Source: Chara braunii
Taxonomy: Eukaryota > Plantae > Charophyceae
Length of the DNA: 64,000 nt
NCBI GenBank assembly: GCA_003427395.1
Contig: BFEA01000031.1
Location: forward strand, 833,528-897,527
Reading direction: 5' to 3'
The position numbers were made by a program, and so were the translations under genes. This document shows, piece after piece, positions 22,286 through 35,661 of this stretch. A model generated the notes under the pieces. The model did not search any database. It saw only the letters and a list, made by a program, of their open reading frames with translations, and had not been told where the DNA came from. Numbering within the stretch: position 1 is the stretch's first letter; every line of letters starts with the position of its first letter.

Positions 22286-25200
22286 TTAGTCTGTGGAAAT
22301 GTTAATTTCGAGGGACTCCGGTATACTGTNTACTGAAGAGTCTTGCGACTGGTGTCTTGGTGGGGCTTCATCCCAAAGACGAAACACTATACTTGAGCCA
22401 TGTATCAGGGCAACTTTGCCTTTTGCTAGGTAATTTTCTTCGAATTTGCATTGGTGATCCTTTGCCTTGCCTTCGTCTTCTTTCATTCTCCTTTGTACCT
22501 TGCGCCATAGGGTCCAGTACTCGGTTTCTACCTGTTGTTGGAGTAGTCCCCACGCNTCTTGCGTGTGCATTTTTTGTCCTTCTATTGTTTCTTGGCATCT
22601 TTTCCGCCATATAACCCATAGTGTAGCTTTTCTGAGTATTCTGAAGAAATTGATTTCTATTGGCTTCCGGTTTTCTGGGTTTTTGAAACCTAAGAGTAGG
22701 AGTGTGTTGTTGTTTGTGAGGGTGGTGCCTGTTACTGCATTCCATAGACTTGCTACCTTTTNCCATAGTGGTTTTATTCTGGGACAGTGTAGGAAACAGT
22801 GATATAGGTTTTCTATTTGATTCTCCCTACAGTTGGCACATATCTCTTTGAGGGGACTCCTGTCATCTTTTTTCCTTCGTGTATTTAGCCACTGGTTCAG
22901 TGGGACAGCTAGGTACAAGATTAGCCATTGTAGACTTCTAAATTTGGGCGGGTTAATAGATGCTATTTTGATCCATGGTATTGGGTCAAGTGTTTCTGGT
23001 TCTACGTCCAGGTGTCTTTTCCATCTTTCTGCTATTATTGGGTCCGGGTTCACAGAACGGCGTCTCAGCCTATAGCCTAATCTAGTTGTGTAATGTAATA
23101 GGTTGAATTTGGTGTTGATCCTTGAGGCTCCTTGCTTTATGTTCCATGNCCATTCTGCTGGGTCTACTTCAAGGTTTTCTAGTGGTATTTGGGGGCAATA
23201 CAGGGTTAATTNCTCATTTTCTATAACTCTTACCTTCCTTAGATTGTCTTCCCTTACTGTAACTTGCGCTGTTGAGTTTTTGAGGATCTTGCTAAAGTCT
23301 GAACCTGGTTCTTCTATTTCATGCATAGTAAATGTGTGNCAGNTTGGATTGCCCTCTTCTCTACCCCAGTATGCTAGCGCGTGTTTCTGTTGGGGTTCAN
23401 TCAGTAAAATTGCCCAGTCTCCTGCAGACCACTGTCTGTCTTTTTTAAGTGTCACCATCCAGTCTTGTGGTATGGCTGCTATGATTTCTTGTAGATTCTG
23501 ATTTAGTCTGTGGCAGCCTTTAAGCTGTTGTCTGAGTTGGTTACTTTGTTTCCAGTCTCTGGTGTTGTCGTCCCATATGTGTTTGATCTGCCATATTCCT
23601 TTTTTCTAGCCATACTCCCCATTTTGTGTCCTTAGAAGTCAGTGTAAATGGGCCTCCTTCTTTCTTGGTTATCCATTGGTTACATAATAGGGGTTGTCTT
23701 AGTATTTCTTCCTTATTGCTCGGTTTCCGGACTTTAGCTGGGAATATCTCTCTCCAGTCGCGGAGGATCCCTCTCCAGAAACACAAACGGGACTGGTTCC
23801 TTGAGTGTATTGTGTTGTGGTTTCTCCCTTTCATTGANCATGATTTGCTCATTAACCAGAAGGTACCCTCCATGTTAGCCGGGGTGTTATATATTGGTAG
23901 TTGTTGTATCCCATCTAGGGCTAACGTTCTCCACGGTAAGCTAGGTCTCGTGATGAGCTTTAGGATCCATTTTGTTTGTAGAGCTTTTATTTGGGTTGTG
24001 GGGTCTAGTACACCCAGTCCTCCTTGCTCCTTTTTCCTCGTGACATACTGCCAAGCGACTTTGGTTATGAAGTGTTGTCTGGTAGCATCTCCTGTCCACA
24101 AATATGNTGTGGCTTTCCTTNTTAGGTTTCTCAATGTCCCGTGATCTGGTGCCCAGAAGGCTGCCACGTACCACATCATTNNGAAAATGGATGAGTTTAG
24201 TATTAGTGCTCTACCATATAGTGAGAGGTGAATTTTGCCCCAGTCGCTTAATTTGTTTGTCATCTTGGCTAGGAGGCTAGGGGACATTTCTGTCTCTGCT
24301 CCGTGTTCTGTCATCTGGATTCCTAGGACTCTTAACGGGTCTTTCGCGTCGGACCATTTCATGCCTTCTAGAGTGTTTTGAGGGAGGTCAACGCTTCCGT
24401 CCGTTAGCCACCATCCCGTCGTTTTTTGCCAATTTATTCGCATTCCAGAAGCTAGTTGAAATGCCTGCATGGCTCTGGTAAGGGCCTCGAATGAGGAGTT
24501 GGATGCTCTTACGAGTACAGTCAAATCATCTGCGAACATGATCGTGGGTGGTATGTGGTGTGGTCTGTTGGGGTCTTCCGTAGGGTTTGTGAGACGTTGT
24601 ATAGATGGGTCTTTCCTGAGGAATGAGGCTATTGCTTCCATTATAAATAGGAATATGGGAGCTGCTAGTGGGTCACCTTGTCTTACAGACCTGGACATCT
24701 TGTAGAGATTGGATATGTGGCCGTTTACTTGAACTGCTCCGTGTGCATCNTTGTATAGCACTCTAACCCATTTNNTGAAGTTTGGACCCACGCCCATCTT
24801 TTCCATGCACTGCTGGAGGAAGTCCCAGTTGACTTGGTCGTAGGCTTTCTCGAAATCAAAGAAGAGGATTGCTGCATTCNGCTTTTTATCTTTAATGTAT
24901 CTTACTGATTCAGNTAATGTCATTACATTGTCTAATATGAATCTGCCCGNGATGAAGCCTGTTTGATCTATATGGAAACAACTTTTGGTGATCTGTCTTA
25001 TTCTGTTTGCTAGGAGCTTGGCTAAGATCTTATATGCAACAGTTAGTAATGTGATTGGTNGGTAATTTTTGATGTCTGTGGGGTCCCCTTTTTTGTATAG
25101 TAGAGTGACTATTCCAGTACTAAGGTATTTTCCTAAGCCATCGGAATCCCATGCTGATCTTATGAATTTGCAATATTCATCCCCTAGGAGTTCCCAATAT

Positions 25201-26798
25201 TTTTGCCAAAATTCTTTCGACAGTCCGTCTTGGCCCGGGGTCTTCCCTATTTTCATTGAGTCTAAGGCTTTTTTTATTTCTACGTTTGTTATGGGAGCGT
25301 CTAGTTCCTCTGCTAGTGCCACTGGAATTGTTTTGGACAGGTGTTTGCTGAATTTTTCTCTTGCTCTTATCACTTGACCTGGAGTGGGTTGTTCTGTTTT
25401 AGAGGTATAGAGGTTTTTGTAAAAGGATTCTGCTATTGCTAGCATCTTCTTTGGGTCTGAAGTAAGGCCATGCTCACCTCTAAGTTGGTGAATGGCGGAG
25501 TTTCTTCCTCTTGTTTTGATTTTTTGGAAGAGGAACTTTGTCATTCTCTCCCCTTCTTCCCACTCTCTGACCCTTGCCCTTAGTCTCATTCCTTTTGCTT
25601 TCCATAAATTCTAGTTGCCTAGTTCTGCTCTTGCTTTGGCTAGCGAGTCCTCGTATGAAGTCTGTCCTGGGTTACTAATGAGGTTTCTTTCTGCTACTCG
25701 GACTGCTGCTTCTAATTCTTTGATGCGCCTGTTCCTTTTGTCTGCCAATTTCCTAGAGGCTAAGGATGCTGCTTTAGATAGGTTGGCTACTATGGACGGG
25801 AAGTCTGATCCTCTTTTCTCCGAGTCTATGCACGCTATAGTTATTGCTTCTTTCATTTGTTGGGTTTCTANAANGGAGTTGTTAATCTTNAAAAAGGANG
25901 GGCCTTTTTGTAAACCGGGGTCAAAAAGGAAATTAATGAAGGTTGGGCTGTGATCAAGACCGTTGTTGTAAGGCATTTTGCCTATTCCTACTTTGTGGAT
26001 TGTTCCTCTGAGGGATTCGGAAACTAAGAAGTAGTCTATTGCTGAGCTTGTTGTGTGTTGTGATCTGTTCCTTTTCCTGAAGGAAAATCTTAACGCTTCT
26101 GGGTGGAATGTTCTGAGGGGTTCTATTAGTTGTCTTTCCAACACGAGAGCATTCATTTCTTGAGTCTCGCTTACTGAGGCTTCTTCCCTGTCAGACCGTT
26201 GTGCTGAGATCCGGTCTTTGGCTGGATCAAGTACAGTGTTCCAGTCTCCTACTAGTATCAGGTGTTTCTTTGTGTTGCATTTGTCTGAGATAAGTTGTAT
26301 GAAGTCTCCTCTCTGCGTTGAGTCATTGGGTGCGTAGACGTTTATTAATTGAAAGCTTTCNTCCTTNTATGTGAAATGNATTTCTATCCATCTTCCGTTT
26401 TNTGTGTCTGTTTTGCTCTCAATGNTGTTGATTTGGTTGGCTGCTCTTGAGTTTNCGTTCCAGAGGATGGCTGTACCTGCTGAGCCNATCCTTGGGGACG
26501 GCGCCCATTGGCTTGCTTTTACGTGTTTCAATCTTGTCTGTATTTTGTTGATCATTGTTTGATGTTCTATTGAGTTGGATAGGTGAGTTTCTTGTAGGCA
26601 TATTATGTCCGNTGGNCTTCTTGAGAACCAGTTGAGGTAGTTGGTTNTGTTGNCCNATTTTTGTTCATNANTTAAGACTGTTGCTAAGCCATTGACATTC
26701 CATGACATCATTGTCAACTCAGGCTCACTCGGTTTAAGGGTGTAGTGTCTCAGTTGGCCTGGGTGTGTGGCCTGGGTTGTGTGGTTAGGTGATGTCAT
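22286..26798 (-). pseudogene. LINE A ORF2: APE endonuclease - reverse transcriptase - zf-RVT (one stop, one frameshift)
   Basis: SWNVNG, LQETH, NVYAPN, GDWN, IDYF, LDH (APE); PITLL, DFEKAYD, SVRQGDPL, MFADD (RT); CANC...HCFLHC. Confidence 0.93.
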
Positions 26799-26845
26799 GG
26801 AGGGATGGCTATGACCCCANCCTTATCTCTCTCTGTGGTGGTGAC

Positions 26846-29778
26846 TTAGTTGGGGGAGGATCCGAAGGGCTCTGTGCTGTGGATTTTANCTACTCGGGCC
26901 CCCACCTCCAGTGTGTGAGCCAGGTGCTCTTGGTTGTCTGCGAAGAGTCCATGTCCTTCTGCCAGCGACGCTGCAACCGCTGCTCTTTCTGCTGGGATAT
27001 CTCCGCCTAGGAGGCCGTAGGGAATTGCTTGTATTACCTTCCATGGTTTCCATGTGAGATGTTCTTTGATCTTTGCATCCATTGAGTACTGTACCATGTA
27101 GGGTCTGAGGTCACAGATCATCAGATCTCCTGATGAGTCAATCCACTCCTCTCTCCAATCTTTCCATGAACCTAGAATGTGGGCGCTCATGGGGGCATCC
27201 CCTGAGATGTTGTTTGTCAGGGTCCTTTTGCTCAGTTTGGCAACTGCAATGAGGACCCATGACTTGTTAATTGCTACTTCCCAATCTCCATGATTTGTGT
27301 TCCATCTGTAGGGGATTATCGCCCTTTTCTTGCAGCCACTTTTGGCTTCGAGCTTGGCAGCTGTGAATGTTTCTGCGTTTTGTCCCCCTGCCAACTTTTG
27401 CAGATTGATTGCCATATCGGATGTTTCCCTGTTCTGATCTCTTAGCACCGTGATTTGTGCTTTGAGGATCTCCTTTTGTCTGTCAAGGTCTTCCTTCTCC
27501 TCCAGCGGCCTGTTCTCTCCATCCTCCTCGTCCCCTGTGTCCTGAGAACTTGCTGTTGGGGTCGATTTTGCATTCCCTCTTCCCCCCTTGCGCCTCTTGC
27601 TCGGTTTTTGGGAGTCTGTATTGTTGTAAGATTTGGGCCAGATCCAACTGTTCGATGTGTGAGACCCTTGGTTGGCTACCTCTTCCAATTTGGCGCCGTA
27701 GCGTTCAGCAAAAAAGTCTGACAATTCCTGTTCCTTTTCTAGGATTTCGTATTGGTTGTCTGTGGGGAACAGATTGCTCAGCGTTTGCTGCGTCGGGTTG
27801 AAGTTCTGCAGATTGAAGATATGTTTTTTGTGTGCGATCCTGATTTCAAATTCAATTTCTCTTTCTCTTTCCAGCCCCTTGACATATTTCGAAAGCCAAT
27901 TGAGCGAGTCCTCCTGATCTTCTTCCCCTGTTATATCTGTTGCGTCTTGGTTCGTACCCATGTGAGAGTCTCCCTCTGCAGATTCTTGCGACATGTTGTC
28001 GTCTGTTTTCCTTTCGTCCACTTCCTCCTTTTCTTCTCCTTCTCCTTGTTCTCCTCTTCCTTCCGGAATGTCTGTTTCATCTCCTTCTTTCATCATTTCT
28101 TCTCCTTCTTTACTGCCTCCTTCCTTAGTCCCTCGCTGTTTTTTCCCTTTGTTGGCTGCATCTCCCACTGTTCCCTCTTCGTTGTCTCCTTGACCTTCAT
28201 CCGTCTCAGCTTCCATCTCTTCAGTTGCTGTGACAGGGCCTCTAGGCTTGCTGCTTTTGTCTTGTGATGTGCTGTGTCGGTGAGTTTGGGGAGGGTTGAT
28301 TCGCTTTTCTTTTGAGCTTCTTATTTGAGCCGTTGGTTGTGCTTTCCTTCTGTGGTATCTGGGAGTCTTTGGTGCCTTGCGAGGAGTTCTGAGTTTTGGA
28401 AGATTGAAGGATCTTTCCTCTTNCCTGTAAGTTCTCGAAGAATGCTTTTTCTGNTGAGCTGCCTGTTTTGATCAGTTCTTGCAGGGTGTCTTTCCTGTGT
28501 TTGTCTTCCATAATCCCCTGCGTGTCCAGAATTGGCTTTTTCNGGAAACCCCCTTCTTTATCCTCAATCTTCCTNGCCCCCTTTGTTTGCCATTGGCTGC
28601 CATGTNGAGGGTAAANGTCGGGTTGAACCNATGGTTCGGTCTGTAGTGTCCACACCCATTTTGGGTCTTTCAGNCTGTCATCGAAGACCCAACCTCTGTA
28701 GGTGGGGTCGTCAACAAACCACAGGCCTGACATTGCTTCGCACTCGACCAGGTTCGCTTGGATTTGGCCTGGTTTCCCTGCTCTGTCCCTGTTGAGTGGG
28801 CAATTTCTGTCTGTGCCCAGATGACCTTTCCCTCTGCACCTGAAACAACGTGGATTGGATTTGGTGGAGAGGAATACTGTCAATTTCTGACCATTCGGTT
28901 TTTGGAACAGCCAGGTGTCTGGGAACTGTGGCGGGATGCCTGAGGGAACCTCGAGACATGCAATCCTGGAATCATGGTTGGGTGCTAAGAATTCAGGACC
29001 TGAAGCCAGCCATTCGATAACAGGGTTGTTTGGGTAGGCCTTTGCCAATCTGTGTTCCACAAGGCCGTGCAGTCCTTCTGCGATGTTATCAAACTGGATC
29101 CAAAAATGATTCCGCAACATGGTTTGCCTGTTTCGAGGCATCAGGCTGCGGTGCTCGTCTGGGTTTCCAATTTGTGACGGTGACCACTCCTTTCCTGCAC
29201 TTGAGACTGTTTAAGGCTATCAGATAGTGTGCATAAGCCTTATCTGGAGTAATTATCATGACTGTGTTGCGCGCTCGCTTGTGGTAGGTGACGTCTGGTT
29301 CCGTGCCCGGGATTTCTTCTAGGGACCTGAGAGTGTCCCGAACCCAAGTTCTTTTTTCATTTGGGGACATGTCTGCGCATTTCTGAGGAAAGTTAAAGAG
29401 AACTGCGTGCTTGTTAAAAACTTCTTCACAGTTTGTTTCGTCCTCTTCCGGATATTCCCAAATCTCCACTTGCTCTTCTCCTTCTCCCTCATCTGATGGG
29501 ATCGTTTGTTTGATGATGTTCACCTTGGATTTGATCCGCGTGCTTGATATGAGGAATTCCATAGCTTTTTGGCCTAGTGATTTGGAGGCTGAGTCCGCTG
29601 TTGAAGATTGTGGACCTTTCTGTGAGCCATCCAGTGGGTGTGTTTGAGTTCCGGTTACTGGGTTTGGTTGTACGTGCNGCTGTCCTCCTGGGATGGGTTC
29701 ATTCCTCGGGTACGTGGGACTTGCTGGTTTCTGGGGNGCGGNTCCTTTCCCCAGTGCTTCTGCGTATGAGATTGCCAT
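26846..29778 (-). pseudogene. LINE A ORF1 (long, zinc knuckle plus acidic linker; frameshifted)
   Basis: Consecutive ORFs 29778-29089, 29141-28242, 28216-26846; begins MAISYAEAL; CFRCRGKGHLGTDRNC; C-terminus resembles LINE B ORF1 fragments at 56319-56952. Confidence 0.8.
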
Positions 29779-29950
29779 GTTGTGCGTGGGGTCAGATTGC
29801 GTTGTCTTGTCTCTTGTGTCGATCGTTGGTCGCTGTCTTTGTTTGGAGAGAAACGACGTGCAGTTTGTCCGATTCGGGATCAGAAGTGGGAATATTCGTG
29901 ATCAGAAGAGGGAATAATCCCAAGGATTGGCCAGCGTATACACGCTCTTC

Positions 29951-29985
<35 letters not shown>

Positions 29986-32098
29986 AAGGTTTGAGGACGG
30001 CAATTAAAAATCCTCTTCTCTGAGAGTGGGGACGTCCTTACTCCGTTTGGGGGGAAGGATTTATTAAAGAATTGGACAATTTAAAGAATGTGTGGATCGA
30101 ATCTTTCCACGGGTTTGCAGTATTAGGCTGTTCGCCTATAATAATAATAATAAATAATAATAACGTTGTGCAGAATGTCTGCCCGATAAAAAATAATGGT
30201 TAATGATTACTTTATTCCCAATATTTTGGGAAAAGGATTTGGGGAAAANAATTTCGGAGTTGGCACTGTGAGAATGTGACACGCTGCTCCTTTCGACGTG
30301 TAGGGCAATTATGCTGTTTGTTCGCCCTATCGAAATATGAGAATACTACACGGGGAGAAGGAGACAGTTTGGCGGTGAGCCGCTTACTAATCTAGGTTAG
30401 GGGGGCAGNACNGGGTGTTNGGTGTGTGGAGAATTTGGGTTGTCGTCCAGGAGGCTGGGAGGTGATGGTGGNTCTAGGAGGTGTGGGTGGGCGGTTGGCG
30501 GGTGGGCGAGGGGACTGGGGATGGGAGAGGGGGGCGGTTTGGGTGGATTAGCGGAGGGATGGCGTTGAGCGACGGTGAGAGGGGTGGGGTGGAGATTGAA
30601 TTTTAGCGGGGCCGTAGNGCGGGGNTCAGTTTGTGTGTAGGTGTGGGTGGGAGGTGGGAGGAGTGGGAGTGGGGTGGGGATGGAGTGGGATGGAGTGGGA
30701 GGGCGGGGAGGATGTGTTGGGGAATAGTGACTGCTGTGCTTGTGTCGCGTAGTGAGTGAATGGGGGTCGATCTTCTCAAGTACCTGGGTTGTGTTCGTTC
30801 GTGGGGTTGTCGTGTTCTCTGCGCTGTTTCTGTTTCCTTTCTGAACAGTCTCCTCGTTAGTACTCGTGAGCGTCTAAAGGTAGGATATCGTTTCTTTGCC
30901 TCACTTTCTGTGTTCTCTAGTTCAGCAGTGTCCTCTTGTGCTTAGTGCCGGTGTGGAAAAACTAAGTCGAAGTAGGAGGCTACAGTGACGGACTGGGTCG
31001 GAATAGGACGCTGCCGTGGTGCGTGCACTGTTCCTCCGCCGGAAATTTTACCGGTTTTGGTTACTAAAAACGGAGGAAATGATGATCTTGGCTCGTCCTG
31101 TTGTACGTTGTCTCTTCTTGAAAAAAGGAGCGCCTGCTTTGGCTCGTCCTGTTGTACGTTGTCTCTTCTTGAAAAAAGGAGCGCCTGGCTGATGATGACT
31201 CCCTGGCCTGGATTCTTGAACCGTGCGTAGGCTCTTTAGGTTCTTCTGTCCTCTCTTCCTTCGATTGTCGCGGCGGGGTACAGTGAACGATCTTACCTTG
31301 CGTTCTCTTTGAGTTAATTTGTCTTGTTCTGACGTTCCTCTGCTTCAGTATACGACGCCTTCCTCCTTTGTTCCCCTTGGTTCCTGTCTTCGGTCCTGCG
31401 GTCCCCTCCTCTGTTACGTTCCTCCGTCTCGTTTGCCTCTTCTTTGCGTGGTAGGGTCTGTCTTTTCTTCTCGCCTTTGGACTACCTCTCCTTCCCACCT
31501 TTCGTCTCTTNCCTCTTTGTTCTCACCGACCCTCTGCTTCTTCCTCCGCTCTNTAGCTTCGTTTGTTAGGAGCGTGATGCCACGCNCTCGGGCNTGGCGA
31601 AGTATGCCACGTGGATACTAGTTACTCGCCCCTGANGTGTTTTGCCATTCGAATCAGATTCACCTCCTGTCCCTTCCTGATCTTNGAAGANACTCGCTTT
31701 ATTCACCCCTTGACCTTGTTTTCGACTTCCTCTTTCTTCTCCTTCCTTCCCTCTCCCTCTCTTTCTTTCCCTCTCTTGCTCGCTTGTAATTGTTTGTCCC
31801 GCTACGAGATCGAGTCGGCCACTCCCGAGGGCGTGGCGTGACGAGGCTTCACGAGTTTCTCCCTCGCATCCCTCACTCCCTCACGTTTGATTCGAATTGG
31901 GATGAAAGCGCGCGAATCTGCGTGCGCGGCGAATTCTCGCCTGGCTTGCTGCGGGCGCGAAAGTTCGCGGTGCTTCTGGCCCAGGGCAAGGCGGATCGGT
32001 CCAGCGCTCACCGGACGGCGCTAGCGCTGCCACTCTCGGGGGGTCAAGAAGCTCGTAGCACAGTGTCACTTAGTCAGTAACTCGACTAAATCTGGACG

Positions 32099-32924
32099 TG
32101 TTTGTGGAGAGGTGCAGAAAATCGGCACTTGTCTGCTTTTCTGCATCACTGCTTAAAACCCATCCAGATTCGAGCGCTTAATCCAGTCCTCTTTGCCAGT
32201 GGCACCTGGCCCCTGCCAATTCCATGCCAATTCGCAACCACATCACCAGAAGACCTAAAATTTCTATCTGATGAAAGGCGGTTTCCCTGTGCAGACCCCA
32301 AATCCGAATTTCTGGGTCAAGGTCCCCAAGTCAATAGAGGCCGACAGGCCAAAACTGAAAAGATGTCATGCCGGGTACCCAGAGGTGGAGTCCAACCGGT
32401 ACCCGAAGTCAAGTCGAGTCCCACAGTCCAAAATGCAGCAGCGCTCCAGAGAAAAGCCTGGAAGATACTGGCCCAATATCCCAAAAGCAAACAGGGCGTC
32501 GGCGTCCTCTACCAGCAAAGTCAAGCCCAGACCAAGTCAAGCAGAGGCCAGTCAATAAAGGTTCCATTCCAAGTCAATAAGAAGACTGACCCAGCCTCAG
32601 TCAGACAGATTGCTCATTCGCGAGAAGGTGGAAGCTCTGTTGGTGCTTGTGCGCTATCGTGAGTCACAGAGCGCTAAGGAGCCCTGCTGGGCAGTGCTAT
32701 GCTGTGGTAGACAGGCGGCCATAGCCACAAGTAGTAGTAGAGGTAGAGCATGAATAGAAGGCGGATGTATCCAGGGTTATGATACTCGTAGTAGCAGAGA
32801 CAGANNNNNNNNNNNNNNNNNNNNNNNNNNNNNNNNNNNNNNNNNNNNNNNNNNNNNNNNNNNNNNNNNNNNNNNNNNNNNNNNNNNNNNNNNNNNNNNN
32901 NNNNNNNNNNNNNNNNNNNNNNNN

Positions 32925-33013
<89 letters not shown>

Positions 33014-33319
33014 TGTGTGATACAAGCCAGGAGAGAAGAGAGGGAGTGCGAGAGAGAGTTACATACCTGTTAGAGGATGCTGGATGATGCGCTGACGAGC
33101 GCTTGACGACTCAGATTTTGACTCGGCATAATATGATGAAGCGCCGATGAGCACCTGCAACACAGACTCTGACTCGGCATAATATGATGATGCGCTATGG
33201 AGCGCTTGGTGAGATGAACTCTCGCTTTGTATTGTACAATCATTCATTGAAGTTTATGAGCTGCCCTAATCTGGTCTCACCTTCTCTGGACTTCTGTGTG
33301 GATTTTGTGTGAACTCTCA
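32099..33319. repeat. Dispersed LTR-like repeat related to ~61140-62120; LINE A is inserted at its left part
   Basis: Shared blocks gactg.cccagcctc...cagattgctcattcgc..gaag.tggaagc, (GA)n and agttacatacctg...ctggat; both end ...ctca. Confidence 0.55.
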
Positions 33320-34370
33320 TGATGCATATGCTTGGAGTGATAATATAAGTGGTTCATTGCACAAAAACCTTTTTGATGGCCAACTTGGGACTGATTGGAC
33401 ACCACTCACCAAAGCATTCAGGTACCATCAGGTTTCACAAGTGAAATCACACAGCCAGCCAAGAATGAAGCAAGCGAACGGCAGGATCGTAAGAGTAAAA
33501 ATAAATCAACGGTTGTACAGCGGCCACAACTTTTTGTGCACCAATGGGTCTAACTCAGTTGGTACACCCATAAACTGTTGAAATACAGACCTGAGTTCAA
33601 ATAGGCATCACGGTCCAGTCAGTTGAATGACGATATCTCAAGGTTGTCAGTGCCCATCACCCTTTTCAAAGAAGAAAAAAGGGAAAAAAAAAGACAAAAA
33701 CAACTTTTGGCATGGGAATCCTCACCCCTCCGGTGCAAAGATGGCCATGTTACCAATGTGCCTAGATCAGTTGGTACACGGATGAATTGTTGAAATATGG
33801 ACCCAAGTTTGAATCCAGATACAATCAAATGAAACAGAGTAAAAATCACACTTCCAAAAAAAAGAACAACAAACAAACAAACAGGTGGGCATGTTCAAGC
33901 AATTGCGCGGGGCGGTGGGCGTGATCAGGATGTCATCCTGATATGAGGATGAAGAGGGGAGGACACAAGCAACCAAGACAAAGGGGCAGCTGTGGCTGCA
34001 TGGTTCACACATGTAACCGCTGACAAACAGATCGCGATATCGACGCCTGGCGGAATTTGATGGATGCAGTAGTATCAGCCGATACCCCCTTCACGGGAAA
34101 CGAAGGGGCGGGTTAAGCTGCCAGTACCCCAGGGGGTCTTAGGCCCCCTCTGGGGAGGCTCTGACACAAATGCATATGGACCCCCGCGGCGCACCGATTT
34201 AGCCACCGCGTTAACGGCCTAAGAACGTGGAGGTACTGGTGGTTTAAACCGCCTGTACACGGCCCCAGCCTTGGTGAAAAAGAAACTCGTTGCCTACAAA
34301 AATTTCGGAGGCTCGGCCTACCGGATCACAATGTCTGGCGGCGCCAGGCAAACGAGAAAAAAAGTGCGCC

Positions 34371-34509
34371 GCTGGCAGTGTGGAAAAGCTTGGCGCGCAG
34401 TACGGCGCCTGCAGGCCCGGGTGTGCTGGTGGTTTAAGAGCTGGCAGTGTGGAAAATCTTGGCGCGCAGTAAGGCGCCTGCAGGCCCGGGTGTGCTGGTG
34501 GTTTAAGAG
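34371..34509. repeat. Two-copy ~69-bp tandem repeat
   Basis: gctggcagtgtggaaaa.cttggcgcgcagta.ggcgcctgcaggcccgggtgtgctggtggtttaaga twice. Confidence 0.9.
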
Positions 34510-34808
34510 GGAGGGACCGCTTGGCAATTAGTAAGGGAGCTTGCATCTCAGTTGAGAAAGCAGAAGATTCGATAACTCGGTGCAGCTACATGAAAAGACG
34601 GAACACGCTGCCAATACAATACGGTGCCAAGCCAACCATAGAACAGTCAGGTCACTTAACGAGAGAGTGGCGGTCCTCAATGTGAGGTAGGATAGAACGG
34701 GAGTGGGGGTGCGCCAGGGAACATCGACAGGGGGGATGGGACGGGTCTCGTGAGGGAATGGACCCAGGAAAAATGAAAAAGAAGAAGAGGCAAACAATTG
34801 ACATCCAT

Positions 34809-34932
34809 GTCCTTCAGGACATCCGTTAAAATTGGAATGATACAGAGAAGATCAGCATGGCCCCTGCACAAGGATGACATCATGACACGCATAAATCGAG
34901 AAATGGTCCAAATTAGTGAACAAAAAGAAAAA
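34809..34932 (+). pseudogene. U6: Full-length U6 retrocopy with 8-nt insertion, A-rich tail and candidate TSD
   Basis: Complete plant U6 through aaatggtccaaatt; TSD gacatccat (34800-34808) / gacacccat (34933-34941). Confidence 0.88.
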
Positions 34933-35661
34933 GACACCCATCCATCGAATGACAGGAAACAACTGAGACCCGTCCATCACCGACGGCAGCAAACAATTGA
35001 ACAGGTACAGACAGATGAGGACAATCCGCAGTCAATAGAAGCAATCAGGGCATCATCATACTTGCACTTTCCGGGACGTATCTGACCGCAATTACGGCCA
35101 CGCCCGGATGCATCTGACTGCAATCAAGTCCAGAACTCAGTTGAAAAAGTCCTAGTGTGAGTCTGCACTGAATTATCTTCCAATGGAGGGAAAAACTACT
35201 GATGACTGACTGTAATAAAGAGTATTAAAGCCTCATTTTTCTTTTCTATTGTTATATTTTCGCATCTGGCATGAAAGAATATATGGTTGCAAATCATCAA
35301 TCAGGACCCAAGAAAGACAGGACATCATTTTCCTTGTCCAACCCCAACCCCTCGCACAACTTTGCTGAGTACCAAGAAGATCTTATGGACTGGTCATTGA
35401 TAAAGGACCCCTCTTTGTTGATTCATCTCGGCGAGCAGCAACAGATACCAGGGTTTAATAACCATAAGGAGATATCAGCAGACGAAATATGGTGCCATGC
35501 CATGCAACCATGAAAGCTCTCAGCATATATGCTTGGACATCCCATGAATAGGCCACAGACTTGTGTGCAACAGGCTTCGTACTGTGTGCTGGTGGTCCGC
35601 CAGAAAGATCAAATCTGGGAATAACAGACGCCATGTAAAGGTCAATGCTGAGTCAACCAAC

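Larger units (their letters stand above)
20529..32083 (-). mobile_element. Full-length L1-clade (Tx1/L1-like) LINE A, ~11.5 kb, poly(A) tail, 15-bp TSD
   Basis: TSD gactaaatctggacg at 20514-20528 and 32084-32098; poly(T) from 20530; ORF1 and ORF2 present. Confidence 0.92.

Noticed and set aside
31064-31498. Extra basic ORF in the LINE A 5' UTR
   Set aside because: Explained by purine-rich composition; no motif support
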